The position numbers were made by a program, and so were the translations under genes. A stretch of DNA of 64,000 nucleotides from a virus (lineage: Duplodnaviria; Caudoviricetes). The stretch's first letter is position 1. Every line of letters starts with the position of its first letter. The DNA lies in the IMG/VR virus record IMGVR_UViG_3300032254_000001, positions 224,001 to 288,000 of that record. One strand, 5' to 3'. Under the pieces are notes generated by a model. The model was not told the origin of the DNA. It was given only the letters and a program-made list of their open reading frames with translations, and made no database searches. Positions 9,461-18,811 of the stretch are shown here, one piece after another.

Positions 9461-10666
9461 TTAAAATACCTTCAGTATAACAATGTTATCGTTAAAGCGA
9501 CCGGACATCTTAGTCTCAACTGACTTCGTTTTCTCAAACAGCTTCCTGGTGTTTGGTCGGCTCGCTGCCATTAGTGCTTTAAGCTGCTCTGCTGGCTTAC
9601 GGACTGTCTTCTGCACGGACTTCGTTGTGTTAAAGCCTTCGATTGTGTTGTTCTTAATTGACAGGCCACCTGCGTACTCGTCTGCAATGAAATACATGAG
9701 CTTGCGCTTCTTAGCATCGTATGCGAACATTTCTTTAGCACCAATAATCTTAGCTGGCTTTTCACTAACAAGCTTTAAGGTATCTTCCTTAGGCATGAAC
9801 TTCAACTTACGTGCTAATTGATCAGGCGTCTTCACCTTACGTGCTCGCACTTTCTTAGTTGACTTCTTGTATGCCACATAGCTGTGGTAATCAGCAACAA
9901 CCATTTCAGCAAACTTAACTAGGTTGCGGAGTTGGATTTTAGTAAACTGACTGTAACCTTCTTTAAGATCAGCGTCTTCACCTGCATGAGCTTCTTTATA
10001 TTCTGCTGCAACCGCTTCCCAGTGTGCAATGCCTGCGCCTGCATGAGCTGGTAGGATGTTTGCAATCTTTAAAACATCAATTGGCTTGAAGTTGTGACTA
10101 GCTTTTGCGCCTGCTTTAATGTAATCATCAAGCAAGCCTTCTATTTCGCCTTCTGCTTCTGCTGCAATTTCTCGCATACGTTCCTGGATGTTAAATTTTG
10201 CTTTGGTTGCCTTAGCTTCCTTAGCTTCATCTGACTCAGGGTCAACTTCTGCTTTTTTAGCTGCTACTGATGCAATTGCTTTTTCAATTGCAGTGTCGAT
10301 GCGGTTTGTCTCATCTTCGTCCAGCACCCAACCCATCATAGTCATACGAGATAACCAGCCTAGTGCATTTGATACTGAATTGTCATGTGCGCGTTTAAGC
10401 TGCTTCGCTTCATCTTTGCGCTCATTAATAGTTAAGTACTCTTGCAGGAATGCATGAGCATCTTTTGAACCAAAATTATAGTTGTACCAGTTAAGTCCAG
10501 TTGATAAGTGGTGCTTGCGATTGTCTGCGGTTATTTCAACCCCTTCCCAAACTGGCTCATAGCCTGTGTACTTTGCTGCATCAACACTTACTTTAAGTGA
10601 CTTGGCTGCTGTGTTCAGTGGCGCTGGGTTCATTGCCCTTGCTCTACTTGTTTTAGCTTTAGCCAT
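9461..10666 (-). CDS. Large basic early protein of unknown function
   Basis: 401 aa; first gene after a strong early promoter; SD CAGGAG. Confidence 0.85.
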   Translation of the reverse strand: MAKAKTSRARAMNPAPLNTAAKSLKVSVDAAKYTGYEPVWEGVEITADNRKHHLSTGLNWYNYNFGSKDAHAFLQEYLTINERKDEAKQLKRAHDNSVSNALGWLSRMTMMGWVLDEDETNRIDTAIEKAIASVAAKKAEVDPESDEAKEAKATKAKFNIQERMREIAAEAEGEIEGLLDDYIKAGAKASHNFKPIDVLKIANILPAHAGAGIAHWEAVAAEYKEAHAGEDADLKEGYSQFTKIQLRNLVKFAEMVVADYHSYVAYKKSTKKVRARKVKTPDQLARKLKFMPKEDTLKLVSEKPAKIIGAKEMFAYDAKKRKLMYFIADEYAGGLSIKNNTIEGFNTTKSVQKTVRKPAEQLKALMAASRPNTRKLFEKTKSVETKMSGRFNDNIVILKVF

Positions 10667-10699
10667 ATTATGTGCTCCTGTTAATTAACTTATGTACGT

Positions 10700-10728
10700 A
10701 TTATATGATCATCTAGCCAAAAGGTCAA
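10700..10728 (-). promoter_or_regulatory. Early sigma70 promoter TTGACC-17-TATAAT
   Basis: GGTTGACCTTTTGGCTAGATGATCATATAATACGTACATA. Confidence 0.85.
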
Positions 10729-10768
10729 CCTATTTATATTGTGTTCTCCAGGGATTTTTGTATAATTT

Positions 10769-10951
10769 TGTAAGTCATTGATTTATATAGCTTTTTAGCA
10801 ACTCACAATATATTGGTACATTGCTGTAAGTCATTGATTTATATAGCATTAAAAATTAAATAGGCGGTTTTTAAAAAATAAGGTAGGGCAATGTATACAT
10901 TATATACGTGTAATACGCAAAAACCACGGTTATTTTGTAAGTCATTGATTT
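10769..10951 (+). repeat. Three direct repeats TGTAAGTCATTGATTT(ATATAGC)
   Basis: Identical 23-mers at 10769-10791 and 10825-10847; 16-nt copy at 10936-10951. Confidence 0.9.
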
Positions 10952-10967
10952 TAACTTAAAATAAAGG

Positions 10968-10996
10968 TTGACCTTTTACCAAAATAGTCATATAAT
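10968..10996 (+). promoter_or_regulatory. Early sigma70 promoter TTGACC-17-TATAAT
   Basis: GGTTGACCTTTTACCAAAATAGTCATATAATTAGTACATA; mirror of the leftward promoter. Confidence 0.85.
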
Positions 10997-11021
10997 TAGT
11001 ACATAGTTAGATAAAGAGACA

Positions 11022-11180
11022 ATGCACATGAACGTAACAGACGAGATGCTACAAGCTGCAATGAAAAAAGCAGTAGAATTAGGGTTACTTCCTGCATTTG
11101 CCGGTGAAGAACAATACTTAAAGAATTGGGATAATATGCAGCAAGTGTTAGAAGCTGCATTTGAGGAGATAGCGCAATGA
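11022..11180 (+). CDS. Small early hypothetical protein (52 aa)
   Basis: Not in track. MHMNVTDEMLQAAMKKAVELGLL...; ends in an ATGA overlap with the next gene. Confidence 0.6.
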   Translation: MHMNVTDEMLQAAMKKAVELGLLPAFAGEEQYLKNWDNMQQVLEAAFEEIAQ

Positions 11181-11428
11181 CTGTACCATACGATAGACCA
11201 GTACCAGGCGAATATGATGTTACTGTTGAAGCAGACGGTGAAATCACAATTGCTATTGATGGTGGTTACCATGGTGAGCAAGTTGATCGCGTTTTCACAG
11301 GCGAGCAGATGAAGACTATTGCTGCATACGCTGAACGCCACCGTGCTGCATACCAAGCATGGGTTGATGGTGATTACGAAGACGAACAAGTTTATTTTGA
11401 TGCAATGGGTGAAGAATGTCAAAAATAA
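11177..11428 (+). CDS. Hypothetical acidic protein
   Basis: SD GAGGAG; coupled early operon. Confidence 0.7.
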   Translation: MTVPYDRPVPGEYDVTVEADGEITIAIDGGYHGEQVDRVFTGEQMKTIAAYAERHRAAYQAWVDGDYEDEQVYFDAMGEECQK

Positions 11429-11757
11429 AAGTAGGCGAGCAATACTTTAATTGGTGGACTACCGGCTTTGTCGGTCCGTTCACTTATAAGGGTGGCGATA
11501 ACTTTGCGTTCAATTCAATGATACGCGGCGACATTGCTAAGTTAACACTTGCCCAAGAAGGCTTTAATTACATGTTCGACAATGCTTGGACATTAGATGC
11601 GTCTCGCGATTATGCGGGGCAGGTGCATGAGGTGTTTGCTGCTGAAGCAGTTGACGAGCAGATTGCACTTACTAATGATCCCCACGTTGTTGAAATCTTA
11701 GAAGCACTGAAAGAATGCACCGATGTTCTTTTGGAATCACTTGGAGTTACATTATGA
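11416..11757 (+). CDS. Hypothetical protein
   Basis: 113-aa ORF, coupled. Confidence 0.7.
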   Translation: MSKIKVGEQYFNWWTTGFVGPFTYKGGDNFAFNSMIRGDIAKLTLAQEGFNYMFDNAWTLDASRDYAGQVHEVFAAEAVDEQIALTNDPHVVEILEALKECTDVLLESLGVTL

Positions 11758-11918
11758 TGTTAGCCTCATTTTTAATTGGTGCGGTATGTGTTATATTGAT
11801 TATAGTTGGCGGTGTGTTTGTGTTTGGCGGCATGCTTGGCAATGACATTAGGGTATGTATTGGCGGGGGACTAATGATCGCCGCTGGTATTATCTTACCA
11901 ATATCGGTATTCCTATGA
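11754..11918 (+). CDS. Small two-helix membrane protein
   Basis: MMLASFLIGAVCVILIIVGG...; hydrophobic; ATGA coupling. Confidence 0.55.
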   Translation: MMLASFLIGAVCVILIIVGGVFVFGGMLGNDIRVCIGGGLMIAAGIILPISVFL

Positions 11919-12322
11919 AGTTTACTCCACTTGAAAAAAGCAGAGCTAAAGAGCTCGAAACTATAACTACATCCTATTTAAATGTATTGTCACATGATGA
12001 TTTGTTAGGCGTGGACCCAATGCTAGTACATCAATTCCATAACTGGGCTGATGATAGTACCACCGAACGTGCTAATCCAGATGGTATATTTTTTAAGGGC
12101 TTGTACGAGAAAGCTAGATACATCTCAGATAAGTTAGGAATGAAGACATCGTTTTGGGTAACCTACTATGTCAAACATGCTGTATGGGGTTTTGAATACA
12201 ACGGAAATGAATACCTGTTGTACTTTAGCAATGAAGGACTATCACTACAGATGCTGGACACCACGTCAGGCTATGAAGTGCTAGCTTGTATTTCAGAAAT
12301 AATCAAGAGGTGGAAATCATGA
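11915..12322 (+). CDS. Hypothetical protein
   Basis: Start reassigned to MKFTP (ATGA overlap). Confidence 0.65.
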   Translation: MKFTPLEKSRAKELETITTSYLNVLSHDDLLGVDPMLVHQFHNWADDSTTERANPDGIFFKGLYEKARYISDKLGMKTSFWVTYYVKHAVWGFEYNGNEYLLYFSNEGLSLQMLDTTSGYEVLACISEIIKRWKS

Positions 12323-12498
12323 AAGCACTATTCTTCTTACCAATGTTAATACTAAGTAACCTGCGCTTAATGCTGCCACGTCAAATGTTTGCAGCAACAT
12401 ACACACCAGCATCGGATGAGATGCGGGATGCAGAGCAGGAAATCCGTAACGTATCTAGACTAGCTGCTTACAAAGCAAAGAAACTTTTAGGAGAGTAA
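12319..12498 (+). CDS. Hypothetical protein
   Basis: SD GAGGTGG before MKALFF. Confidence 0.55.
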   Translation: MKALFFLPMLILSNLRLMLPRQMFAATYTPASDEMRDAEQEIRNVSRLAAYKAKKLLGE

Positions 12499-12499
12499 C

Positions 12500-12814
12500 A
12501 TGAAGTTCGCTGACATGTTAACGTTTTGGAAGATGAAGGGCATGATTGAAAATGATATCTGCATGACACGTGATAATGTGCATGGCAATGATCACAAGCA
12601 TGTTCTTTATTTAATGACAGTTAAAAGCACATTTGAAATAGCACAAATTGTATACCGCTATGACTTAGTTGATAACGTTAAGACCAAGTTTGCTTTAGTG
12701 TATGCCGACATATTATTCCCAGGCAACAACTTTGGGCAGAAGAAGCCTAACGAAGTGTTCATTAAAAATGCTAAGGTTAGTGACTTAGCCAGGTACCTAT
12801 GTGAGCGTACATGA
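12500..12814 (+). CDS. Hypothetical protein
   Basis: SD AGGAG. Confidence 0.7.
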   Translation: MKFADMLTFWKMKGMIENDICMTRDNVHGNDHKHVLYLMTVKSTFEIAQIVYRYDLVDNVKTKFALVYADILFPGNNFGQKKPNEVFIKNAKVSDLARYLCERT

Positions 12815-13077
12815 AGCCTGCTGAAGTACTCACATACGCCTTGCTTGCTGGAGAAGTGACTCTTAATAAACAGTTAAAAGACAACTCCGGCAAGTTGACC
12901 GATTTCTATATAGTTCAACTTACTGTACGCGGCAGCTCTATTGGCTTCCAATACCACAAAGATGGCGACGAATTAACCTTTGTCAAAGGTAGTAAACGTG
13001 AGTCTGATCCTACGCTGGGCACTACGCTATCTACAATCTACGGTTTTGATCATCTCTTAAAGACCCTTTCATTATGA
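12811..13077 (+). CDS. Hypothetical protein
   Basis: ATGA coupling. Confidence 0.65.
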   Translation: MKPAEVLTYALLAGEVTLNKQLKDNSGKLTDFYIVQLTVRGSSIGFQYHKDGDELTFVKGSKRESDPTLGTTLSTIYGFDHLLKTLSL

Positions 13078-13310
13078 AACTACCAGAATTTATAACGTAC
13101 TGCACACTTAAAGATCTTATTGTAGTGCATGAAAGGTTAGATAACGAGTGGTATGCTAATGCCACTAATATGCAGAAACTTGTAATAGAAAATGATAATT
13201 TCCTGGCTACAATCAAATATATCCATTTTGCAAACAAATACAGTATATTATATTCTGAACTATCTGAGTATTCACCAGATATGATACACTCCCTGTTCAC
13301 ACCGACTTAG
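13074..13310 (+). CDS. Hypothetical protein
   Basis: ATGA coupling. Confidence 0.6.
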   Translation: MKLPEFITYCTLKDLIVVHERLDNEWYANATNMQKLVIENDNFLATIKYIHFANKYSILYSELSEYSPDMIHSLFTPT

Positions 13311-13348
13311 ATATTATAATAAGCAAATTCGCGTAACAATTCTGCTCG

Positions 13349-13384
13349 TATACTTCTGCATAAATACATCAAAGCAGGAATATA
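13349..13384 (+). promoter_or_regulatory. RBS-sequestering hairpin with late promoter ATAAATA (13360-13366) in its loop
   Basis: TATACTTCTGC pairs with GCAGGAATATA (10 of 11 pairs) and covers the SD of the HNH gene. Confidence 0.7.
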
Positions 13385-13386
13385 CT

Positions 13387-14112
13387 ATGCAATTTACAGA
13401 AAATAAGTACACCAGATGGTATTTTAATATCATTTACAAAGCGGCAGATGTTCGCACAAAGGGCAAGACTGAGTTACACCATGTTTTGCCTAAATCGCTG
13501 TATCCTGAATTTAAAAATTTGAAAAAACATTCATGGAATGAAGTACACCTAACTGCACGTGAACATTTTATTTGTCATTGGCTACTAACTAAGATGTGTA
13601 CTAACCGTGCCAATATGCACAAAATGGTCTTTGCATTTAAAATGATGATGCACATGGAAAATCCAACACAAAATAGATACAAAATTAATTCACATGTGTA
13701 TCAAATTCTTAGAGAAAACTTGGCGCAAAAACTGAGTGATTTTAAGTTTACGGATCAACGCATTGCTAATATGAAAAAAGCCGCACAGAATAGGGCTGCT
13801 AACCTGACAGATGCCGAGCGCGAACAACGAAGTGAATGTCTAATTAAATTAAATAAAAGTAGAAGAGGTGAGAAGCGACCTTCCCAGTCTGGGAAGAATA
13901 ATGTTATGGCCGGACCAGGCGTATTAGCTAAATTTGTTGGAGAAAATAACCATTTCTATAACAAAACCCATACGTCAGAAACCAAACAGTCAATAGGCGA
14001 ATGCAGAAAGAAAGAAAAATGGATATGTCAGCACTGTCAAAAAGAAGGGGTAGGGTATGGCAACTATCACCGCTGGCATAATGAAAATTGCAAGGAGAAG
14101 ATACATGCCTAA
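13387..14112 (+). CDS. Free-standing HNH homing endonuclease with NUMOD3-like C-terminus
   Basis: ELHHVLPKS...LTAREHFICHWLL HNH motif; basic N.F..KTH..ETK C-terminal repeats. Confidence 0.85.
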   Translation: MQFTENKYTRWYFNIIYKAADVRTKGKTELHHVLPKSLYPEFKNLKKHSWNEVHLTAREHFICHWLLTKMCTNRANMHKMVFAFKMMMHMENPTQNRYKINSHVYQILRENLAQKLSDFKFTDQRIANMKKAAQNRAANLTDAEREQRSECLIKLNKSRRGEKRPSQSGKNNVMAGPGVLAKFVGENNHFYNKTHTSETKQSIGECRKKEKWICQHCQKEGVGYGNYHRWHNENCKEKIHA

Positions 14113-15310
14113 GTTATCATTGTGGCGCCAGGAAAAAACGAACGATTTTAAGTTTCTTGATAATATAATTAGGGAACAGTATGTAGTCGGGGGCCTTGAT
14201 ATCCACATACACAAGTACCTTGGCGTTAAAACTACCGCAGAACCATCAGGGGATGCAACTATCCCAACATACAACGAAACAAATCCTCTCTTTATAGAAG
14301 ATTTGTTATTGCTTGAAAACCGTAATCGCGATTACGAAGATGATGTGTACACAATGCGCGGTGTTTATCGCACACAAGATATCGACTTTGATTTAAGCCA
14401 ATTTGGACTTTTCCTCCAAAACGATACACTGTTTATTACCTTCCATTATAATGATATGATCGACCACCTTGGTCGAAAGCTAATGAATGGTGACGTACTT
14501 GAAATACCAAATTTACGTGATTATCATCCACTGGATGATTCTATCCCTAAAGCTTTACCAAAGTTCTACGTTATTAATGATGCGTCATTTGCAAGCGAAG
14601 GTTTCTCACAAACATGGTTACCTCACTTGTGGCGTGTAAAGGCTGTACCGTTAGTAGGCTCACAAGAGTACAACGATATTCTCGAAAACTACATAGACGA
14701 AGATGGCGGCATTGATGGTGATGACGGAGCCGGTAATGGAAGCGGAACGCTTGCGGATTACATGTGTCAACACAATAAAAACCTTGAACTAAATGATGCT
14801 ATTCTTACACAAGCCGAAGTTGAAGTTCCACTAAGTGGTTACGACATAAGTAACTTTTACATAGTTGAATATGACGAAGAAGGTTTACCCGTTGACACAT
14901 TCGGCTTACCAATAGATACAACATATATCACAGCTGATATAATTACTGTTACAGCTGACTTCGGTACTGCATCAACAAATACAAGAGGTGAGCTATCACT
15001 AGGGTACATGGACGGAGACGGACTTGCACCAAACGGTTGGCCTGTTTCACCAGGTACATCATTCCCAATTAATCCATCAATTGGCGATTATGTATTACGA
15101 CTAGACTACGCACCTAATAGATTGTTTAGATACAACGGTACCATTTGGGTTAAAGTAGAAGACAACATCAGAACTGATTTATACTTAGATGGCGATACTC
15201 AACGTAGTAACTTTGTTAACAACACAGATACCGTTAGCACTACCGACCGCGGTGATATACCAAGTAGACAATCACTTAGTGATTTACTTAAACCGTCATC
15301 TGATAATTAA
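14105..15310 (+). CDS. gp14: Neck protein (extended)
   Basis: MPKLSLWR..K.NDF.F.D..I.EQ...GG; LSQFGLFL.ND.LFITFH; LGRKLM.GDVLE; precedes gp15. Confidence 0.8.
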   Translation: MPKLSLWRQEKTNDFKFLDNIIREQYVVGGLDIHIHKYLGVKTTAEPSGDATIPTYNETNPLFIEDLLLLENRNRDYEDDVYTMRGVYRTQDIDFDLSQFGLFLQNDTLFITFHYNDMIDHLGRKLMNGDVLEIPNLRDYHPLDDSIPKALPKFYVINDASFASEGFSQTWLPHLWRVKAVPLVGSQEYNDILENYIDEDGGIDGDDGAGNGSGTLADYMCQHNKNLELNDAILTQAEVEVPLSGYDISNFYIVEYDEEGLPVDTFGLPIDTTYITADIITVTADFGTASTNTRGELSLGYMDGDGLAPNGWPVSPGTSFPINPSIGDYVLRLDYAPNRLFRYNGTIWVKVEDNIRTDLYLDGDTQRSNFVNNTDTVSTTDRGDIPSRQSLSDLLKPSSDN

Positions 15311-15311
15311 T

Positions 15312-15520
15312 ATGTACATATACCTAATCACAAATTTATCTAACAATAAAGTTTATGTTGGACAAACTGTACAGAAGAATCCAAAGATGCATTGGTATGT
15401 GCATTAGAAGGAAGGCCAAGCACTAAGTGGACAAAAGAAATGAAAGAAAAAGCCTATAAAATGTTTAAAAGGAAAACTCGGAAACTAATCATCGGCAAAC
15501 ATGTATGGATGGAGGTGTAA
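15312..15520 (+). pseudogene. Deleted GIY-YIG homing endonuclease remnant
   Basis: MYIYLITNLSNNKVYVGQT ends at TAG 15407; a different frame gives a basic ..RKLIIGKHVWMEV* tail. Confidence 0.75.
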
Positions 15521-15521
15521 C

Positions 15522-16913
15522 GTGGCTGCTTTTCATTATGATCAACAAATAAGACGCTTCCTTTTACAGTTTGCTAGAATGTTTAGTAACTTCGAAGTTG
15601 AAAGCGGACTTGACAATACCGGCAATGCGACTCTTATTCGTGTGCCAGTGCGCTATGGCGATGCGACTAGACAAGCTGAAACTATCTTGCAGGAAAACTC
15701 TCGCAATAGTATTCCGTGTGCTCCGACAATGTCTTTTTATATTGACTCGTTAAAATATGATCGTCCTCGTATGCAGGAACCATATCACATTGACAAGAAA
15801 CAAGTTAAACAACGTGAGTGGGACGAAGGTTCACAGACATATGAAACTACACAAGGTAACGCATTTAGTCTTGAACGTCAGATGCCAGTGCCGTACTTAC
15901 TTGGTTTAAAATTAGATGTATGGACATCTAGTACAAACATGAAGCTTCAGTTAATGGAGCAAATCTTAACACTATTCAATCCAGCACTTGAGATACAGTC
16001 AACAGACAATTACTTAGACTGGACAAGCTTAAGCGTAGTTGAGTTAGCCGATGTTAACTGGAGTTCTCGTCAAGTTCCAAACAATGACGATGCAATCGAT
16101 ATCGCTACACTAAAATTTAATCTTCCAATTTGGATTAGCCCGCCTGCTCGTGTTACAAAGCAAGGTGTTGTCCATAAGGTTATTGCTAGCATATACGACG
16201 AAGCTGGTGAATATGTCGATGCTATTGACGCAGATAATATACTACTAGGTACCAGAGTTAAAATTACTCCACACGGTTATCAAGTATTGTTACTAGGCAA
16301 CGAGTTGCGTATTTTACCGCAACCAACACCAGGCGATAACGGAGACATTCAAACAATTCCAGATCCGGCCGATAATAATATTTCGTGGAGAGCAGTAATT
16401 GATGAGTACGGTGCATTAAACGATGGTATATCACAAATTCGAATTGAACCAGAAGATGAAAGTGACTCTGATATTGTTGGCACCGTTGCGTTCCATCCTG
16501 CAGATCCTAGTTCGTTACTATTTACAGTAGACACTGATACGTTACCTAGCAACACAGAGCTACCAGTTGATGCTGTTATTGATCCACTAGACGATGGCCC
16601 AGGCGTTGGGTTACCCGCTGCGGCACTAGGCGCGAGATACTTATTAGTTGATGACATCGGTAACATAGATAATACTGATATTGCTGATGCTTGGCAAGGA
16701 CCAGGTGCTCCACTAGTCGCAGTTAAAAATGATATTGTCGAGTACAACGGAACTGATTGGGTTGTTGCATTTGACGCATCAGCACATAATACAGATGCTC
16801 CTGCTTATGTTGCTAACTTAACAACGTCTATACAATTTAAATTCGACGGTAACGACTGGAAGCGAAGCTACGAAGGAATATACCCTGGAGGTAGATGGGG
16901 TCTAGTTCTTTAA
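15522..16913 (+). CDS. gp15: Tail completion/sheath terminator protein
   Basis: YDQQIRRFL.QF.R.FSNF.V; VP.RYGD..R; MPVPY.L...LD.WT; GTG start after GGAGG. Confidence 0.85.
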   Translation: MAAFHYDQQIRRFLLQFARMFSNFEVESGLDNTGNATLIRVPVRYGDATRQAETILQENSRNSIPCAPTMSFYIDSLKYDRPRMQEPYHIDKKQVKQREWDEGSQTYETTQGNAFSLERQMPVPYLLGLKLDVWTSSTNMKLQLMEQILTLFNPALEIQSTDNYLDWTSLSVVELADVNWSSRQVPNNDDAIDIATLKFNLPIWISPPARVTKQGVVHKVIASIYDEAGEYVDAIDADNILLGTRVKITPHGYQVLLLGNELRILPQPTPGDNGDIQTIPDPADNNISWRAVIDEYGALNDGISQIRIEPEDESDSDIVGTVAFHPADPSSLLFTVDTDTLPSNTELPVDAVIDPLDDGPGVGLPAAALGARYLLVDDIGNIDNTDIADAWQGPGAPLVAVKNDIVEYNGTDWVVAFDASAHNTDAPAYVANLTTSIQFKFDGNDWKRSYEGIYPGGRWGLVL

Positions 16914-16915
16914 GA

Positions 16916-16944
16916 TTGACAAATCTTACAATACCTGTTATACT
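16916..16944 (+). promoter_or_regulatory. Sigma70 promoter TTGACA-17-TATACT
   Basis: Near-consensus; predicted +1 within 2 nt of ATG 16953. Confidence 0.75.
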
Positions 16945-16952
16945 GAATTGAT

Positions 16953-17654
16953 ATGAAATATCATTATACTTACTTAATAACAAATTTACACCCACTCTCG
17001 AGAGAACGCTATTATATTGGTGTGCATTCAGCAAGTAGCGATAGCAACAATTACATGGGCTCAAGTAAATATCTTACTAAGGACATCATTCAACTCGGAA
17101 AAGAAAACTTTGAAAAAATAATTATCGAAATTTGGCCAACTCGAAAATTAGCAGAAGCGCATGAAATATGGCTTCATGGGTGGTATAACGTAAAAAATAA
17201 TAATTTATTCTATAATAGGGCTAATCAACTAGATAACGGATTCACTTCGTATGGAAACGTAGAGGTCGCTAACAGACGCATTACATCAATTATTAAATGT
17301 TGGGCAAACAAATCACCAAACGACATACTAGCACATGCCACAGTCGCTTCGAAAATATCAGCTAACACATGGAGCAAAAAAACACAACAAGAAAAAGATG
17401 ATATTTTCAAAAAGGTGTCATTAGGTAATAAGTTACACTGGACGAAGAAATCAGTAGAAGATAAAGATAAGTGGTCAAATAAGTTCAAAGAGATTTACAA
17501 TAATAAATCGCCAGAAGAAAAGAATATTATTGCAATTTGTAATTCAAAAGCCACAAAAGGAACAAAATGGTACACCAATGGAAAAGTTCGCAAACGCTGT
17601 TTACCAGGCCGTGAACCTGACGGTTTTGTCCTAGGACATAAAATAAATGTCTAA
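16953..17654 (+). CDS. Free-standing GIY-YIG (Seg-like) homing endonuclease
   Basis: YTYLITNL..YYIGVH..YMGSS..GKENFEK..E; C-terminal KWYTNGK..PDGFVLG. Confidence 0.85.
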   Translation: MKYHYTYLITNLHPLSRERYYIGVHSASSDSNNYMGSSKYLTKDIIQLGKENFEKIIIEIWPTRKLAEAHEIWLHGWYNVKNNNLFYNRANQLDNGFTSYGNVEVANRRITSIIKCWANKSPNDILAHATVASKISANTWSKKTQQEKDDIFKKVSLGNKLHWTKKSVEDKDKWSNKFKEIYNNKSPEEKNIIAICNSKATKGTKWYTNGKVRKRCLPGREPDGFVLGHKINV

Positions 17655-18075
17655 AATAGAAGCAGTGGGTGTGTGGTTCTACAGTAAAGAAACTAACCGT
17701 CATCTTTACTTAATGCGCAATGACATAAAGTACAAAGGCCATTGGTCGCTCCCAGGTGGCAAGATCGAAGAAGGTGAAACATTACTTGAAGCAATCGAAC
17801 GTGAATGCACTGAAGAAATGGGTTTCATGCCCGAGTCTATTAAACTAATACCCATTGAAAAGTTTACTGCTAATGATGACTACTTTAGTTACCATACATT
17901 CTATTGCATTGTAGAAAAAGAATTCACACCAGAATTAAATCATGAGCATGTTGGATACGCTTGGATTAATTCAGATATTATCCCTAAGCCGTTACATCCG
18001 GGCTTGTGGGCTACATTAAAAATTGATGATATTTTTCAACGTATCAATACGTTAAAAGATTTGTACTTAAATTAG
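17647..18075 (+). CDS. NUDIX hydrolase
   Basis: Nudix box GGKIEEGETLLEAIERECTEEMG. Confidence 0.93.
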   Translation: MSKIEAVGVWFYSKETNRHLYLMRNDIKYKGHWSLPGGKIEEGETLLEAIERECTEEMGFMPESIKLIPIEKFTANDDYFSYHTFYCIVEKEFTPELNHEHVGYAWINSDIIPKPLHPGLWATLKIDDIFQRINTLKDLYLN

Positions 18076-18725
18076 ATATCACACTGTGAAACAAACTCAG
18101 CTCGCGGCATCATATTAAAATTAATACACCTGCGCCAAGAGTCTGGGCTATTAACATCACTTACATGATGGAAAGTCACATCGTTGTATGTTTGCATTAC
18201 CTTTGTAACTGCATGAATCGTTTTCATATCAGCATCAGTTAAATCATATCCAAACATATAGATATCTGTGTGTCCGTCGAAACATGCAAGCCACAATGCT
18301 GTTGCTGGTGACACCATTAATGTGCCATGCGGTATTAGATAAAACTTTCCTGGGTTAGCAATACACAAAGCACCTGACGTATAAACAACATTGTCGATGT
18401 GATACCCTTCGCTAATGATCTCATCTAACTCAGGCTGAGTTAATACTATAGAGAAGTCTGCATTCATTTCTTTCCATGAATCGTTAACGGCATATAGCTG
18501 CATCTTGTTGCGGCCTAGTAGACCTCCGCTGTGATTCTGAAGTTGCTTTAGTGATGGAGATTTTATTATCCCGTGTGGCATAATACAACATGCCCTACAG
18601 CTTGAGCTCGTAACTTCGATTGGATTATCCACCCACTCTCGTGTTTGATCTTTACCGCCTTTCTTAAAAACAGTATTGGTAATTACAAACTCGCCCGGAT
18701 ACTCCGACCTATAGAATTTTTGCAT
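18072..18725 (-). CDS. Hypothetical protein, DUF115/MAF-like family
   Basis: SPATALWLACFDGH.DIYMFGYD motif shared with 29151..29729; late promoter at 18757-18762. Confidence 0.55.
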   Translation of the reverse strand: MQKFYRSEYPGEFVITNTVFKKGGKDQTREWVDNPIEVTSSSCRACCIMPHGIIKSPSLKQLQNHSGGLLGRNKMQLYAVNDSWKEMNADFSIVLTQPELDEIISEGYHIDNVVYTSGALCIANPGKFYLIPHGTLMVSPATALWLACFDGHTDIYMFGYDLTDADMKTIHAVTKVMQTYNDVTFHHVSDVNSPDSWRRCINFNMMPRAEFVSQCDI

Positions 18726-18770
18726 GTCTTAATTGATTCCCTGGAATGTTCAGTTATATTTAGCCAAATA

Positions 18771-18790
18771 AAAAGGGCCGAAGCCCTTTT
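18771..18790 (-). terminator. Intrinsic terminator
   Basis: AAAAGGGC-cgaa-GCCCTTTT, near-copy of the 896-917 hairpin. Confidence 0.8.
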
Positions 18791-18811
18791 TACTATATAG
18801 CTATGTTAAAG

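Noticed and set aside
10769-10951. CRISPR mini-array (23-bp repeats with a 33-nt spacer)
   Set aside because: Only two full repeats, the third is truncated and 88 nt away, the repeat is non-palindromic and AT-rich, and no cas genes are present in the window. Kept as operator/iteron-like repeats.
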